DNA of 64,000 bases, from the NCBI RefSeq assembly GCF_001194135.2, contig NC_068993.1, forward strand, positions 19,750,436-19,814,435, given 5' to 3'. The position numbers and the translations under genes are program-made. Numbering within the stretch: the stretch's first letter is position 1; the number at the start of each line of letters is the position of its first letter. The notes beneath the pieces are model-generated. The model was not told the DNA's origin and made no database searches. It saw only the letters and a list, made by a program, of their open reading frames with translations. Positions 1 through 11,299 of the stretch are shown piece after piece. The stretch is from Octopus bimaculoides. Taxonomy: Eukaryota.

Positions 1-120
1 GTTCGGGCGTTACACTCACAATTAGGAGATAGTGGGTTCAAATTACTGGACAGGGTGCTGCGTTGTGCTCTTGAGCAAAACACTTGATATTACGTTGCTC
101 TGAGATCATTTTGCCACCCG
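1..120 (+). mobile_element. SINE family A, 5' part (tRNA-derived head), truncated by window edge
   Basis: B-box-like GGGTTCAAATT followed by TTGAGCAAAACACTT...ACGTTGCTC, similar to the fuller copy at 53876-54174. Confidence 0.6.
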
Positions 121-385
121 ATATTTGGTACATCATACACCCGTTCAAGCCGCGTCGATTTGGTGACGGGAATGAGCTAATGTACTGCACAAGCATTTGA
201 TCACAATGATCCAATCATTTGTGCGTGTCGTTCTGCAAGGAATTGCTGAAAATTCGTTTTCGGAGTACAAGGGAATACCATCCAATACTGTGTGTGCATA
301 TATAATATATGGAGATAGATAGTTATACATACATATAAATACGCGCGCGCACACACACACATATGTTATATATATATATATATAT

Positions 386-537
386 ATGTTTTTCTCCTTG
401 TCTCCGTATTCTTTCTGTTGAAGAGCGTAGCTCGAAACGTTAATGACTTTCCGTATTCCCGAGCGTCATACTAATACATCCTTTTGTTGTTTACACCACC
501 TGTCCTCGTCTGTTGTTGTTTTTTCGTACATTCTCCC
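386..537 (+). mobile_element. Penelope-like terminal-repeat (pLTR)-type fragment with degenerate hammerhead-like motif
   Basis: TTGAAGA-GCGTAGCTC-GAAA-CGTTA at 418-442, directly after a (TA)n run; ends at a gap. Confidence 0.4.
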
Positions 538-1058
538 NNNNNNNNNNNNNNNNNNNNNNNNNNNNNNNNNNNNNNNNNNNNNNNNNNNNNNNNNNNNNNN
601 NNNNNNNNNNNNNNNNNNNNNNNNNNNNNNNNNNNNNNNNNNNNNNNNNNNNNNNNNNNNNNNNNNNNNNNNNNNNNNNNNNTATATATATATATATATA
701 TATGGTGGGGGTATGCATGCATATACACACACATCCACCGCACTTCCATTAAGCTTTGGATATACCATGAATCTCTCAATTTCGATTGGTTCAAGGAACT
801 GAACACCAGATCTTGACAAATTTTACATGCGTGTTTTGGATTACTATGTGATCATATTTTATCGCTTAATTACTTAATTATAGAGTATCTTTCTGCATAC
901 TTATCAATATCAATGTCATGACTGTAATTGCAAATGTGGCTTAATTACTCTTTAGTTAGTTCAGTTTAAATCAATCAATGATATATTTCAATACCATACA
1001 ATTTAACATGAAAAACGCTTTTCTTATTTTTTTTTTTTTTTGACTGATCGCTTTGTAG

Positions 1059-1276
1059 CTTCCATGTCAAAGGTATTAGCTACAAAAACCAAATTGATTC
1101 ACAAAGGAATCAAACCTACATCGTCGATTCGGCTAGCAGCTAACTTGAAGTTTCCTTTGTTGTACTCACAACTCATTACAACTAAAGTATTATGTTCTGG
1201 TACAGCAACGGCTGCAAAGCAAGATGTAAGCTTCCAATTAACTGATGCTGCCAGCCGTTTTACTTCATTAACTCAG
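1059..1276 (+). CDS. Candidate internal coding exon of unknown gene (72 complete codons, SMSKVLATKT...SRFTSLTQ)
   Basis: Poly-T tract plus TTTGTAG acceptor at 1057-1058, stop-free frame, CAG|GTAATC donor at 1277. No homology recognised; could be an old transposon relic. Confidence 0.25.
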
Positions 1277-1730
1277 GTAATCTTATTTCTCAGTTCAATA
1301 TAAACCTGAACGGCAGGAATGTTCTACAAGCTCTCCCCGCTTCTCTTAATATGTTATTCTATGCAGAAGTAATTAATCACTTTGAATGTTAAGGAATCGT
1401 TATACTAATATTGCTAATGGCTGTTGAGAAAGTCATAAAGTTTTTCACCGCTTTTATTCTAAGATGTTTTGGCTGAGCCATTATATGGTAACAGTTGAAG
1501 CACTATGGCGATAAGCAAATATCGAACTACAGAGTATGTTTATATTCCCTTTCTCTATGCCTACGGTGAAGAACAGATAAACTTTTTAAAGAATTTCAAA
1601 AAGCTAAATGGAATAATTTCTACCAAGAGAGAGAGAGAAACAAGATTTTCAGAATTCAACAATACCACAATCATCACAACATAGATACAACAATGTATAT
1701 GTTTTGCTTACTCCATTTTTCTGCTATATT

Positions 1731-2305
1731 GTTTGTTGGCACTCCATCACTTACGACGTCGAGGGTTCCAGTTGATCCGATCAACGGAACAGCCTGCTCG
1801 GGAAATTAACGTGCAAGTGACTGAGCACTCCACAGACACGTGTACCCTTAACGTAGTTCTCGGGGAGATTCACCGTGACACAGTGTGACAAGGCTGACCC
1901 TTTGAATTACAGGCACAACAGAAACAGGAAGTAAGAGTGAGAGAAAGTTGTGGTGAAAGAGTACAGCAGGGTTCACCACCATCCCCTGCCGGAATCTCGT
2001 GGAGCTTTAGGTGNNNNNNNNNNAGACACGTGTACCCTTAACGTAGTTCTCGGGGAGATTCACCGTGACACAGTGTGACAAGGCTGACCCTTTGAATTAC
2101 AGGCACAACAGAAACAGGAAGTAAGAGTGAGAGAAAGTTGTGGTGAAAGAGTACAGCAGGGTTCACCACCATCCCCTGCCGGAATCTCGTGGAGCTTTAG
2201 GTGTTTTCGCTCAATAAGCACTCACAACGCCCGGTCTGGGAATCGAAACCGCGATCCTATGATCGCGAGTCCGCTGCCCTAACCACTGGACCATTGCGCC
2301 TCCAC
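1731..2305 (-). mobile_element. SINE family A, near full length (contains an artefactual 180-bp duplication across a 10-N gap)
   Basis: Minus strand begins GTGGAGGCGCAATGGTCCAGTGGTTAGGGCAGCGG...GGTTTCGATTCCC (A and B boxes) and ends ...GATCGGATCAACTGGAACCCTC...GGAGTGCC, the same tail as 53876-54174. Confidence 0.85.
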
Positions 2306-2409
2306 ACTCCATTTTTCTACAAAAGGCGAAAGGCACATCGTATCTCACTACTTCAGTACATCAGGAGGTGGAAGGCGGTAGAATTAGCACTTCAAAAATT
2401 TAGCGCATA

Positions 2410-3070
2410 AATGAAACTATGACGAAAGAAGATGCCCTTTTTGCCTACTGATAAGCAAAATACCGTTGGACAGGATCTTGATAGCGTCGACTAGCCTGAT
2501 AGCGACGAACAACCGCTGGGGAGGAACAGTGATAGCGACGACCAACCTACACTGCTTGGTGAGTGAGTTTATGACAGTCAAGGCAGGTATAATCTGCAAA
2601 ACAAAGGAAAACGACTTATATAGCGGTTTTTAAGGAACTTTCCGACGCGGTGTATTTCCTTTAAGCCTGTGGTAACTGGGAATAGGCACGAGTTGTTTTG
2701 TGTCATCTTTGCCAAAAATTATATGTCCATTATTGCGAAAACTGTGATACAGGGAAATATGCATTTCCACCGCTATTAAAATACTTCAATGTAGGTCATA
2801 GAAGTCGGACTTCTGGGGTGTTGGTCAACGTTGCATTGTAATTGACAACGAATCACATGCGGCTGAGTCGATTAAATACAATCGATTCCTTTGTTTCCTT
2901 TCTAGAGAATATACGTAGTATGTGTATGACTGATAGCTGTAATCGTGATTTTCGGGTCTCCAACGTGACAGTATTCTCCGACACAATATCCCTTTAAGCG
3001 GTACAGTCATTAAGTGATTCAAAATTACATGAGAGAATGGTCATCGCAGAATTCAACGCAAAAAAGTATT
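2410..3070 (+). mobile_element. Degenerate piggyBac-like transposase relic
   Basis: Acidic N-terminal-type stretch (DLDSVD*PDSDEQP...DSDDQP), then NVTV and YPFKRY, resembling piggyBac NVTVDE and CPFRQY motifs; many stops and frameshifts. Confidence 0.4.
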
Positions 3071-3294
3071 TTGCGCAAAAAACAAATATCGCGTATGTAA
3101 GCATGCTTAAAAGCGATAAGGCAATAAAGAGCTTAGTCATTTACAAATGTTGTTTCTCTGGTTAAATACAAAATATCACTGACCAGTAGAACTATTCGAC
3201 CATTTCTTCATTACCTTCTTATTAGCAAAATCTGATTGACAAAAAAATCTGTAAGGCCTGTATATATATATATAAATCTGTAAGGCCTGTATAT

Positions 3295-3341
<47 letters not shown>

Positions 3342-4296
3342 NNNNNNNNNNNNNNNNNNNNNNNNNNNNNNNNNNNNNNNNNNNNNNNNNNNNNNNNNNN
3401 NNNNNNNNNNNNNNNNNNNNNNNNNNNNNNNNNNNNNNNNNNNNNNNNNNNNNNNNNNNNNNNNNNNNNNNNNNNNNNNNNNNNNNNNNNNNNNNNNNNN
3501 NNNNNNNNNNNNNNNNNNNNNNNNNNNNNNNNNNNNNNNNNNNNNNNNNNNNNNNNNNNNNNNNNNNNNNNNNNNNNNNNNNNNNNNNNNNNNNNNNNNN
3601 NNNNNNNNNNNNNNNNNNNNNNNNNNNNNNNNNNNNNNNNNNNNNNNNNNNNNNNNNNNNNNNNNNNNNNNNNNNNNNNNNNNNNNNNNNNNNNNNNNNN
3701 NNNNNNNNNNNNNNNNNNNNNNNNNNNNNNNNNNNNNNNNNNNNNNNNNNNNNNNNNNNNNNNNNNNNNNNNNNNNNNNNNNNNNNNNNNNNNNNNNNNN
3801 NNNNNNNNNNNNNNNNNNNNNNNNNNNNNNNNNNNNNNNNNNNNNNNNNNNNNNNNNNNNNNNNNNNNNNNNNNNNNNNNNNNNNNNNNNNNNNNNNNNN
3901 NNNNNNNNNNNNNNNNNNNNNNNNNNNNNNNNNNNNNNNNNNNNNNNNNNNNNNNNNNNNNNNNNNNNNNNNNNNNNNNNNNNNNNNNNNNNNNNNNNNN
4001 NNNNNNNNNNNNNNNNNNNNNNNNNNNNNNNNNNNNNNNNNNNNNNNNNNNNNNNNNNNNNNNNNNNNNNNNNNNNNNNNNNNNNNNNNNNNNNNNNNNN
4101 NNNNNNNNNNNNNNNNNNNNNNNNNNNNNNNNNNNNNNNNNNNNNNNNNNNNNNNNNNNNNNNNNNNNNNNNNNNNNNNNNNNNNNNNNNNNNNNNNNNN
4201 NNNNNNNNNNNNNNNNNNNNNNNNNNNNNNNNNNNNNNNNNNNNNNNNNNNNNNNNNNNNNNNNNNNNNNNNNNNNNNNNNNNNNNNNNNNNNNNN
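3342..4296. other. Largest of 17 assembly gaps (N runs)
   Basis: Continuous N run preceded by (TA)n. Other gaps start near 538, 2014, 5655, 7486, 15593, 21557, 25616, 28430, 37208, 38946, 42060, 46683, 47922, 53504, 60475 and 61600. Confidence 0.99.
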
Positions 4297-4381
4297 ATAG
4301 TAATATGGACAAACACACAAACACCCACGCACATATACACGCACAAACACACACATATATACGTAGCTAGCTAGCTAGCTG

Positions 4382-4448
<67 letters not shown>
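4382..4448 (+). repeat. (GATA)n microsatellite
   Basis: Direct reading. Confidence 0.97.
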
Positions 4449-7400
4449 GTACTCGCAGAATACTCGATGCTGTCTAAGAAATAAACAGTAAGTTATTGGT
4501 AAATTTTTAGGGAAGGAATCTTAGCAATTCTACATAAGTTTGTTCATTAAAAAACCTCATGTATGTACTTTCTAGCAAAGATTCACAGATTAAAACCGTT
4601 GCCTTTCACGAAATATACACAAACCATCTCCAGTTAAGGCTTCAAAGAAAAAAAATTCTTGTTTTTTTTCCACCTTCAACATTCACTCTAATTCTTTAAC
4701 ACATAATTCTAATGAACTTTAGCGCACAGCTCTGTCACTAATTTAATTGTCAATGGTGTGATGTGATGAAGGTGTCATATAACTGCGCGATACTTTTAAA
4801 CAATTAGCATATAATTCAAAGGAGCGAGAGGGAGAATGTTGCAATAAAATCTGTCTATTAAATAAATGTAAAAATGGATAAGTTTGATGTGGCATGATGG
4901 ATTTAATAGTCTGTAAAGAAATAAACGAATGATTGTTAGTAATGTAAATTTTACAATTTTAAATGGAAATATATTTTCAGGTTTAGACGCCTTGAATTTT
5001 AAAGAACTTGGCTGCCACAAATAAAAACTGCAACACATATAGCACGTGATGATTCTGAAAAGGAAATATCAATTTTGATAGTGAAACCAAGATGGACGCC
5101 AGTAATAAAAGCAACAATAGACTGATTGTAGAAAATGAAAGACGAGCAAGATTTAGTCGTTTTTTTTTCTTCTTCTAAGACACAATAATTTAAAATATAA
5201 TTCAGACAAAGAGTGTATAAAAAAAACTCAGTAAGTGATGCTGAATTTAAATATATATAGTTCTGTGGATGCTGGTGTTTTTTGTTGTTTTTTTTTTTAC
5301 ATCCAGGACAAAGAGATTTTGAAACGAAAGCATGGATATGTTTTGAGGTAAAAACGAGATAATTGTGCAGATAATTGGAAGAAATTATGAAAAGGAACGT
5401 CCAGGTTTTGACACAGAATAATGAGCATTTTAAAACTGTATTTAAAAACTGAATAAATATACCAGCAGTTGGAGTAGACCCAAACAAAGATCATAGAAAC
5501 TTCAGTCGAGATGTTGTATACCCGATTAGTGTGATTCTGGAAGTATGCAATCTTTTCTATCGTTTGAATCAGCTATAAACCTACTCACAAATACACACAC
5601 ACACACATATATATATATGTATATACATACATACATACATATATATATATATATNNNNNNNNNNNNNNNNNNNNNNNNNNNNNNNNNNNNNNNNNNNNNN
5701 NNNNNNNNNNNNNNNNNNNNNNNNNNNNNNNNNNNNNNNNNNNNNNNNNNNNNNNNNNNNNNNNNNNNNNNNNNNNNNNNNNNNNNNNNNNNNNCCCTCT
5801 CACCTCGATCTGCAGCACGAACGTATCCGGATTCAGGGTTATTTCCCTTCGTCGGCGCCCGATAGCTGCTGACCTTGGCGAGAGAGACAAAAACCTGGCA
5901 ATCTTATATCTTCTTTTCCAGTGAAATTCTTCACTGATATCGAAAAGGTGAAAACAAGCAATGTTAATTCTCTAAATGAAGTATTAACAGTAACTGCACG
6001 ATAAAGTGTAGTATATTGCCACTTAAGTGTGGCTGACCCCTAGGGGTGGATGTTACTGTTGCTTTTAGCCCCAGGAGGACATCTCCTCCAGCTGGCTTAT
6101 CGACACACGACTGTGTCCTGTTTGCCAATACACATATATCGTCAATAATTCGTATATCCGAATAAGAAGCATACTGCAAAACATTAAGCCAGTAATGTAT
6201 TTTTTAGGAAGTTAAAAGCTATGGCTGGTCATAGAGTGACCCTTGGTTTCGTCAGATTCAAATCGCTGAAGGTGCATAACCTCTCTAGAGCCGGAGGAAG
6301 AAATACGTAACGGTCTGTTGGCTTTATGAACAAAAACTAATTGTCCGTGCTGCGGGACGGGGTTAGCGTGAGGGGTCATACCCCTTACATCGGCTCCGAT
6401 TATAGTGATTTTCGAAGGAACTGTGATGGGACTATTCAACGAATGGGGAATTCCAAGTTTCAAGTATGAAACGATTTAGATCTAGGCATTGACTGAATAT
6501 CTCTTTCTTAGTGTTTAAAAAGGCCCCTGACTCGAACGAGTTTTCTAGGATTCAAGGAGCTTCTATGATTCAAGGAGCTTCCACTTAATTATATTGGGAT
6601 TCCTTCCTCTTTTAAGTGCAATACGTGGTTGGCCAGGGACGTGATGTTGCAACATTTCTCCCTAAACATGAAACCAACGGTATTTTTAACCACCTTCCCC
6701 ACTGAAAACATTTTATATATATACGCGTTTATTTTATACCTGCAGATATATGTCTGGATTGTAATTGTGCTCGATTTCTAAACATGCTGGCTTTTTATGA
6801 TCTCTAACAGTTGCATATTTGTATAGATTATGCATACTTTGGTGTGTTGTGATAAAAAAAAATAAATGATTGTTAGAAAAGTTGATGAATGTAAAGATTA
6901 TCTTTTATTAATCAAAGTCTAAAGAGAATCCAAAAACGTTTTAAAACAATTGAACATGTAGCGGAGCTGTTTTACCATTAAGATTGCTGTTGAATGGGTG
7001 AATATAAGTAGTGAAAATTCCAAAGAGATTTCATCCTTTCATGTGTAGTTAATTTCCATCGACCTGATCGATTACCGGATCTATGGATTTTAATATTGCT
7101 GGAGAATATGTGATATTATGTGCCAGTCATAATTATAACTATGGACGTATTAGTCTTTATTGAAAAGCTGTTTGTACACACAATCGAGCATGAATTCGCA
7201 TGCATACGGGAATAAAGCACATACTTACATGTGCGTAAGTATGTGTGTGTGTGCGTGTATGTTTGTGTGTGTGCGCGCGTGTGTGTGTGTGTGTGTGTGA
7301 GAGTATGTCTGTGCTTGTGTGTGTTTCATTTAATTTAGATATTTATCTCACACAGGACACGGAGTACTTCTTTGTTGATCCTACCTATAAAGAAATATTA

Positions 7401-7804
7401 AACTATATATGTGGGTGTGTGTTTACATGCATACATATATATCATATATATCTATGTATATGTATATATATATATATATATATATNNNNNNNNNNNNNNN
7501 NNNNNNNNNNNNNNNNNNNNNNNNNNNNNNNNNNNNNTTTCTAAAAGGTAGTTAAAATATAGAATGGGGATATTGTTTCGTTTAGATGACAGAACAGTGA
7601 TTAATCTGTCGGCAGAGAGAACGTGTAAACGCGAAACTTAAGTGACAGTCGGCCTCCAGCTTTAGACGAATGTTTGTAAGTATGTATGTATGTATGTATG
7701 TCATTGTTCAGTTTTATTTCAAGATTTCTTGAAATCTACAAAATTAAAAATATTGCATTTCTAAACCCTCAGAGAGAGTTATGCAGTAGCAGCACGATAA
7801 AGTG

Positions 7805-8060
7805 ATGGCTTGTTGCCAACTTAATATGGAAAAGGAAGAATGCTATTTCTTTTTAGCACGAAGAAACATATGTATGCCAGAATCACCAACCTACTACATC
7901 TACACATTCAAAGAAGTCTACCAACAGCCCTTCAACAACATCACACTCTGATAAGCTCATTGACTACTACTAATTTCAGGCCACGACAGACAGAAGGGAT
8001 GTTCTTGAAGCCTACGATTTTAACTTACAGAGACAATATTTACATAACGCCTACAACTAG
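7805..8060 (+). mobile_element. Possible highly degraded Penelope-like GIY-YIG endonuclease relic
   Basis: Across frameshifts: CCQLNMEKEEC / KHMYARITNLLHLHIQRS..ALQQHH / DRRDVLEAY, loosely matching the order C..C-YIG.T-R..H-R.LEA. Confidence 0.3.
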
Positions 8061-8354
8061 ATCACATAATGCAAGGAAAACTTGCATAAGAAAATACCTG
8101 CACTCCTGGAGAACTACGTTGCGTGGAAACAATTGTAGTGATTAAAAAATAAATGTCCAACCATACCCCATCTTGTTAACTCCATTTGTTTTGTCAGTTA
8201 TATATTTCACATACGACAGATGCCCAAACGCAAACGGGGACGTACTACGAGATAGCGCAGGGTGAAATTTGAAGGTGGACGACCTTTATATTGTATTCTA
8301 CTACGTTCTTAACAGAATATACCATAGCACACACACACACACACAGCACACATG

Positions 8355-8440
<86 letters not shown>

Positions 8441-8778
8441 CATACATATATATACATATATATATATATATATACATTATATTGTTATATTTGGGGTCGC
8501 TCATATTTTGCTGCCAATTAACTTCAAGCACTTTATACTCGTTGTTCACTTCAGCTTCATTATTATTCTTATTTTAGTGTCCTTTGTCTGAAATATTTCC
8601 TCACACACCGTTTGACCTCTTCAGCGATTGTCCTGCCCGCTTGTCTCCTGTTCTATTTAGTCCATTCTGTCTTTCTGTAGCATGTATCCTTATCTTCGCA
8701 AGCATTTGCGTCTGCATCTGTGCGTTTGTGTACGCGTGCGTACGCATGTGTGAGTGTGTGCGTATGTGTGTGTATGTA

Positions 8779-8824
<46 letters not shown>

Positions 8825-9024
8825 TGCCTATGTGTTTACTATGTGTGTTATATGTGTGTATATGGGTTTGCTTACTACACTGCTTTTAGCCGTATCTTTT
8901 ATTTAGTTATTTTTTATTCGTTCATGTACTTATTTATTTTTTCCTTCCGTCTTTAGTATGTGTATGTGCGCCTTGTGTTCGTGTGTGTGGGTGCGCATGT
9001 GTACGTATATGTGTGAGGGCGTGA

Positions 9025-9077
<53 letters not shown>

Positions 9078-9092
9078 TGATTATGCATTAAG

Positions 9093-9390
9093 CTGCCTCC
9101 TTGTTTTAATTGGGCATATTGGCAGAATACTAACGACCTTCTCCTTCTTGAGCACCCGCCAGTGTTCACCTATTCTCTCACCAGTGCTACATACTGTCTC
9201 CTCAATGTATATTGCTGTCCTGCTTCTGTACCGCCCTAAGTACACAGTATACTATAGACAACATACTGTGCAGTTGTTATCCGTGTATGGGGCCTTATAA
9301 ATGGATATTTTCAACAACTCAGGAGTTTTATTGAGGTTGCTGGCTTTTCTACTATTTTAATCCGTAGATTCATCTTATCTAAGATTTTCT
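9093..9390 (-). mobile_element. Penelope-like element, GIY-YIG endonuclease fragment
   Basis: Minus-strand translation with frameshift: KMNLRIKIVEKPATSIK...YVVYSILCT...IYIEET...ERIGEH. Confidence 0.6.
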
Positions 9391-10111
9391 TAAGGAAGTA
9401 TATATATATGTGTTCGCGCGCGCGTATCCATAAATATATTCTACTGTTTCATTAATAGTAAGACCAACAAAATGAACTTCATCCAATGGAATGAATATCA
9501 TTTTTTATGTTCACAGTATGTAAATTCTGAGCATCTAATTGTTTCATGATGTTGAGGCACAATGGCAAGACAGTTTTATTTATCATGTCTTCTGTCTGCA
9601 AGCACTCCTTCATGATCCTACAAATAATACTATCCACTGGCTGGTATTATTTGACTTGTATGATTGAACGCCACGCATCCATTTCCAAGTAAGTTTATCT
9701 CAATAATTTCGATGAGACTCTATCTTGCACTGTTCTCGTTCCCTCTCCCCTTCGTTTCCTCTCTTTTCCTTTCTCTAATTCCTTTTATCTCCCCTTCTCC
9801 TCCTTTCGTTTTTTTTTCTCTCATCTTTTCTTTAATTCTTTTCCTCTCCCCCTTCGCCGTTTTCTATCTGTCTCTCTCTCTCTCTCTTTCTCACTCTCCC
9901 TCCTTTACTCTCGCGTTGCTCACACGTGACCATCGGCCATATTTCTTTTCCTAACTTGAGCTTCTTTCTTTCCTTTCGATCTGCCACACAGACCAGACGC
10001 ATTCTTGTCCGTCTCCTCTCCTATCTTTTCTCCTGTCAAAACGTGTTCCTCCAGCGTCCGCCATCGGACCTCATTATGGCTTGGCAACCCTCACTGTTTG
10101 TTTTCACTGTT

Positions 10112-10524
10112 TGTTTTTTATCGCTTGATCTTTGGCCGCTACCATTAGGCTCTGTATTTCTTTTTAATTACCCATTTTTTAAACCAAACCCAGGATTTTG
10201 TTCCACATACATCTTCAGTGGATCTCCACACTTGGCCATGGAAAGGTTTCCCTTCGATCTGTCTGACGTACTCTCTTTGTATTTCATTCTTGTCCTTTTT
10301 TCATATTACGTGCTTCATCACATGTTCTTTATTCACTGTCTTTAGTAGTTTCTCTATGCTGCTCTGTAAGTACTCTACTAGGCTTTTTCTTTTCATCCGT
10401 ACACATTCTTCTACTGTTCTTAAACCTCTTCCACCCTGGTTTCTCCTCAAGTATAGTCAGCCAACATCAGCTTTCGGATGGTGGGCTCTATACATTGTCA
10501 ACAACTTTCTAGTTTTTCTGTCAG
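10112..10524 (-). mobile_element. R4/Dong-like (restriction-like endonuclease) LINE, internal fragment downstream of RT
   Basis: DRKTRKLLTMYRAHHPKADVG*LYLRRNQGGRGLRTVEECV...GKPFHGQ...SW...SLMVAAKDQAIK, typical of this clade between RT and the CCHC knuckle. Confidence 0.75.
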
Positions 10525-10546
10525 GTATTATTATTATCATTATTAT

Positions 10547-10765
10547 CAAGGCGGCGAGCTAGCAGGATTGTTTAGCACGCCGGGCGAAATGCTTAGCTGT
10601 ATTTCGTTTGCCGCTACGTTCTGAGTTCAAATTCCGCCGAGTTCGACTTTACCGTTCATCCTTTCGGGGTTGATAAATCAAGTACCAGTTGGGTTCTGGG
10701 ATCGATATGATTGACTGTCCCCCTCCCCACATAATCAGAGCCTTGTGCCTCTAGTAGAAAGGATT

Positions 10766-10812
<47 letters not shown>
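10547..10812 (+). mobile_element. SINE family B with (CAT)n tail
   Basis: AAGGCGGCGAGCTAGCAGG...GAGTTCAAATTCCGCCGAG...CATCCTTTCGGGG...CCTTGTGCC...AGAAAGGATTAT, preceded by (ATT)n. Confidence 0.85.
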
Positions 10813-11247
10813 GCAAGCAATGGATAAAATAAAGTACCTGCCAATTACTGGAAACTGCAATGGCGACCGCACGTGAAATTGAAACAACCATTATTATTAT
10901 TTTTACTTCAGGTAAGTCATGTGTGCTGTCTAAAACTGTTCCATATTCACCCGATTTGAGATTTATTCACACCGTTTATTGTGCATTTGAGGTTGCGGAG
11001 CAACCTATCAAGAGATAGGCCTGCAGAAACTCCGTTTCATTATCTGATCCATTTTCAAGGACAAATTTGAGTTCATATTTATCTATTTAGACATCTATTT
11101 GATATATATTTATGAGTATTTTTTAATATACTGGATGTAACTAGAGGGTTTACTGCATTTTTTCATGTTTTATTATTCATTGTGTATTATACATGTATGT
11201 ATACACACACTCACACACATATATATATATATGCATATATGTGTGTG

Positions 11248-11299
<52 letters not shown>

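Noticed and set aside
1834-2203. Apparent 180-bp tandem duplication inside the SINE
   Set aside because: Identical copies sit on either side of a 10-N gap; most likely an unmerged contig overlap.
2200-2305. tRNA-like sequences at SINE heads
   Set aside because: They continue into SINE bodies and do not form complete cloverleaves; not tRNA genes.
3176-4356. Long ORFs in the track (also near 15.4-16.3, 21.4-22.0, 28.3-29.0, 38.9-39.4, 46.5-47.3, 53.4-53.9, 60.4-60.9 kb)
   Set aside because: They are open only because they cross N gaps and TA/CA repeats.
5795-5890. GC-rich island with small hairpins beside a gap
   Set aside because: Too short and truncated; no ribozyme or tRNA consensus matched.
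5985-6400. GC-richer repeat considered as a non-LTR 5' UTR with an HDV-like ribozyme
   Set aside because: Could not build the P3/L3 and nested pseudoknot pairings; left unclassified.
7857-8153. Possible terminal exon (HEETYVCQ...DYY*) phase-compatible with the 1059-1276 candidate, with AATAAA at 8148
   Set aside because: Other frames resemble a degraded GIY-YIG domain, and AATAAA is common in AT-rich DNA.
10860-10917. Short ATG-initiated frame (MATAREIETTIIIIFTS) ending in a strong CAG|GTAAGT donor
   Set aside because: It lies immediately after a SINE tail and includes an ATT repeat; isolated splice motifs are expected by chance.
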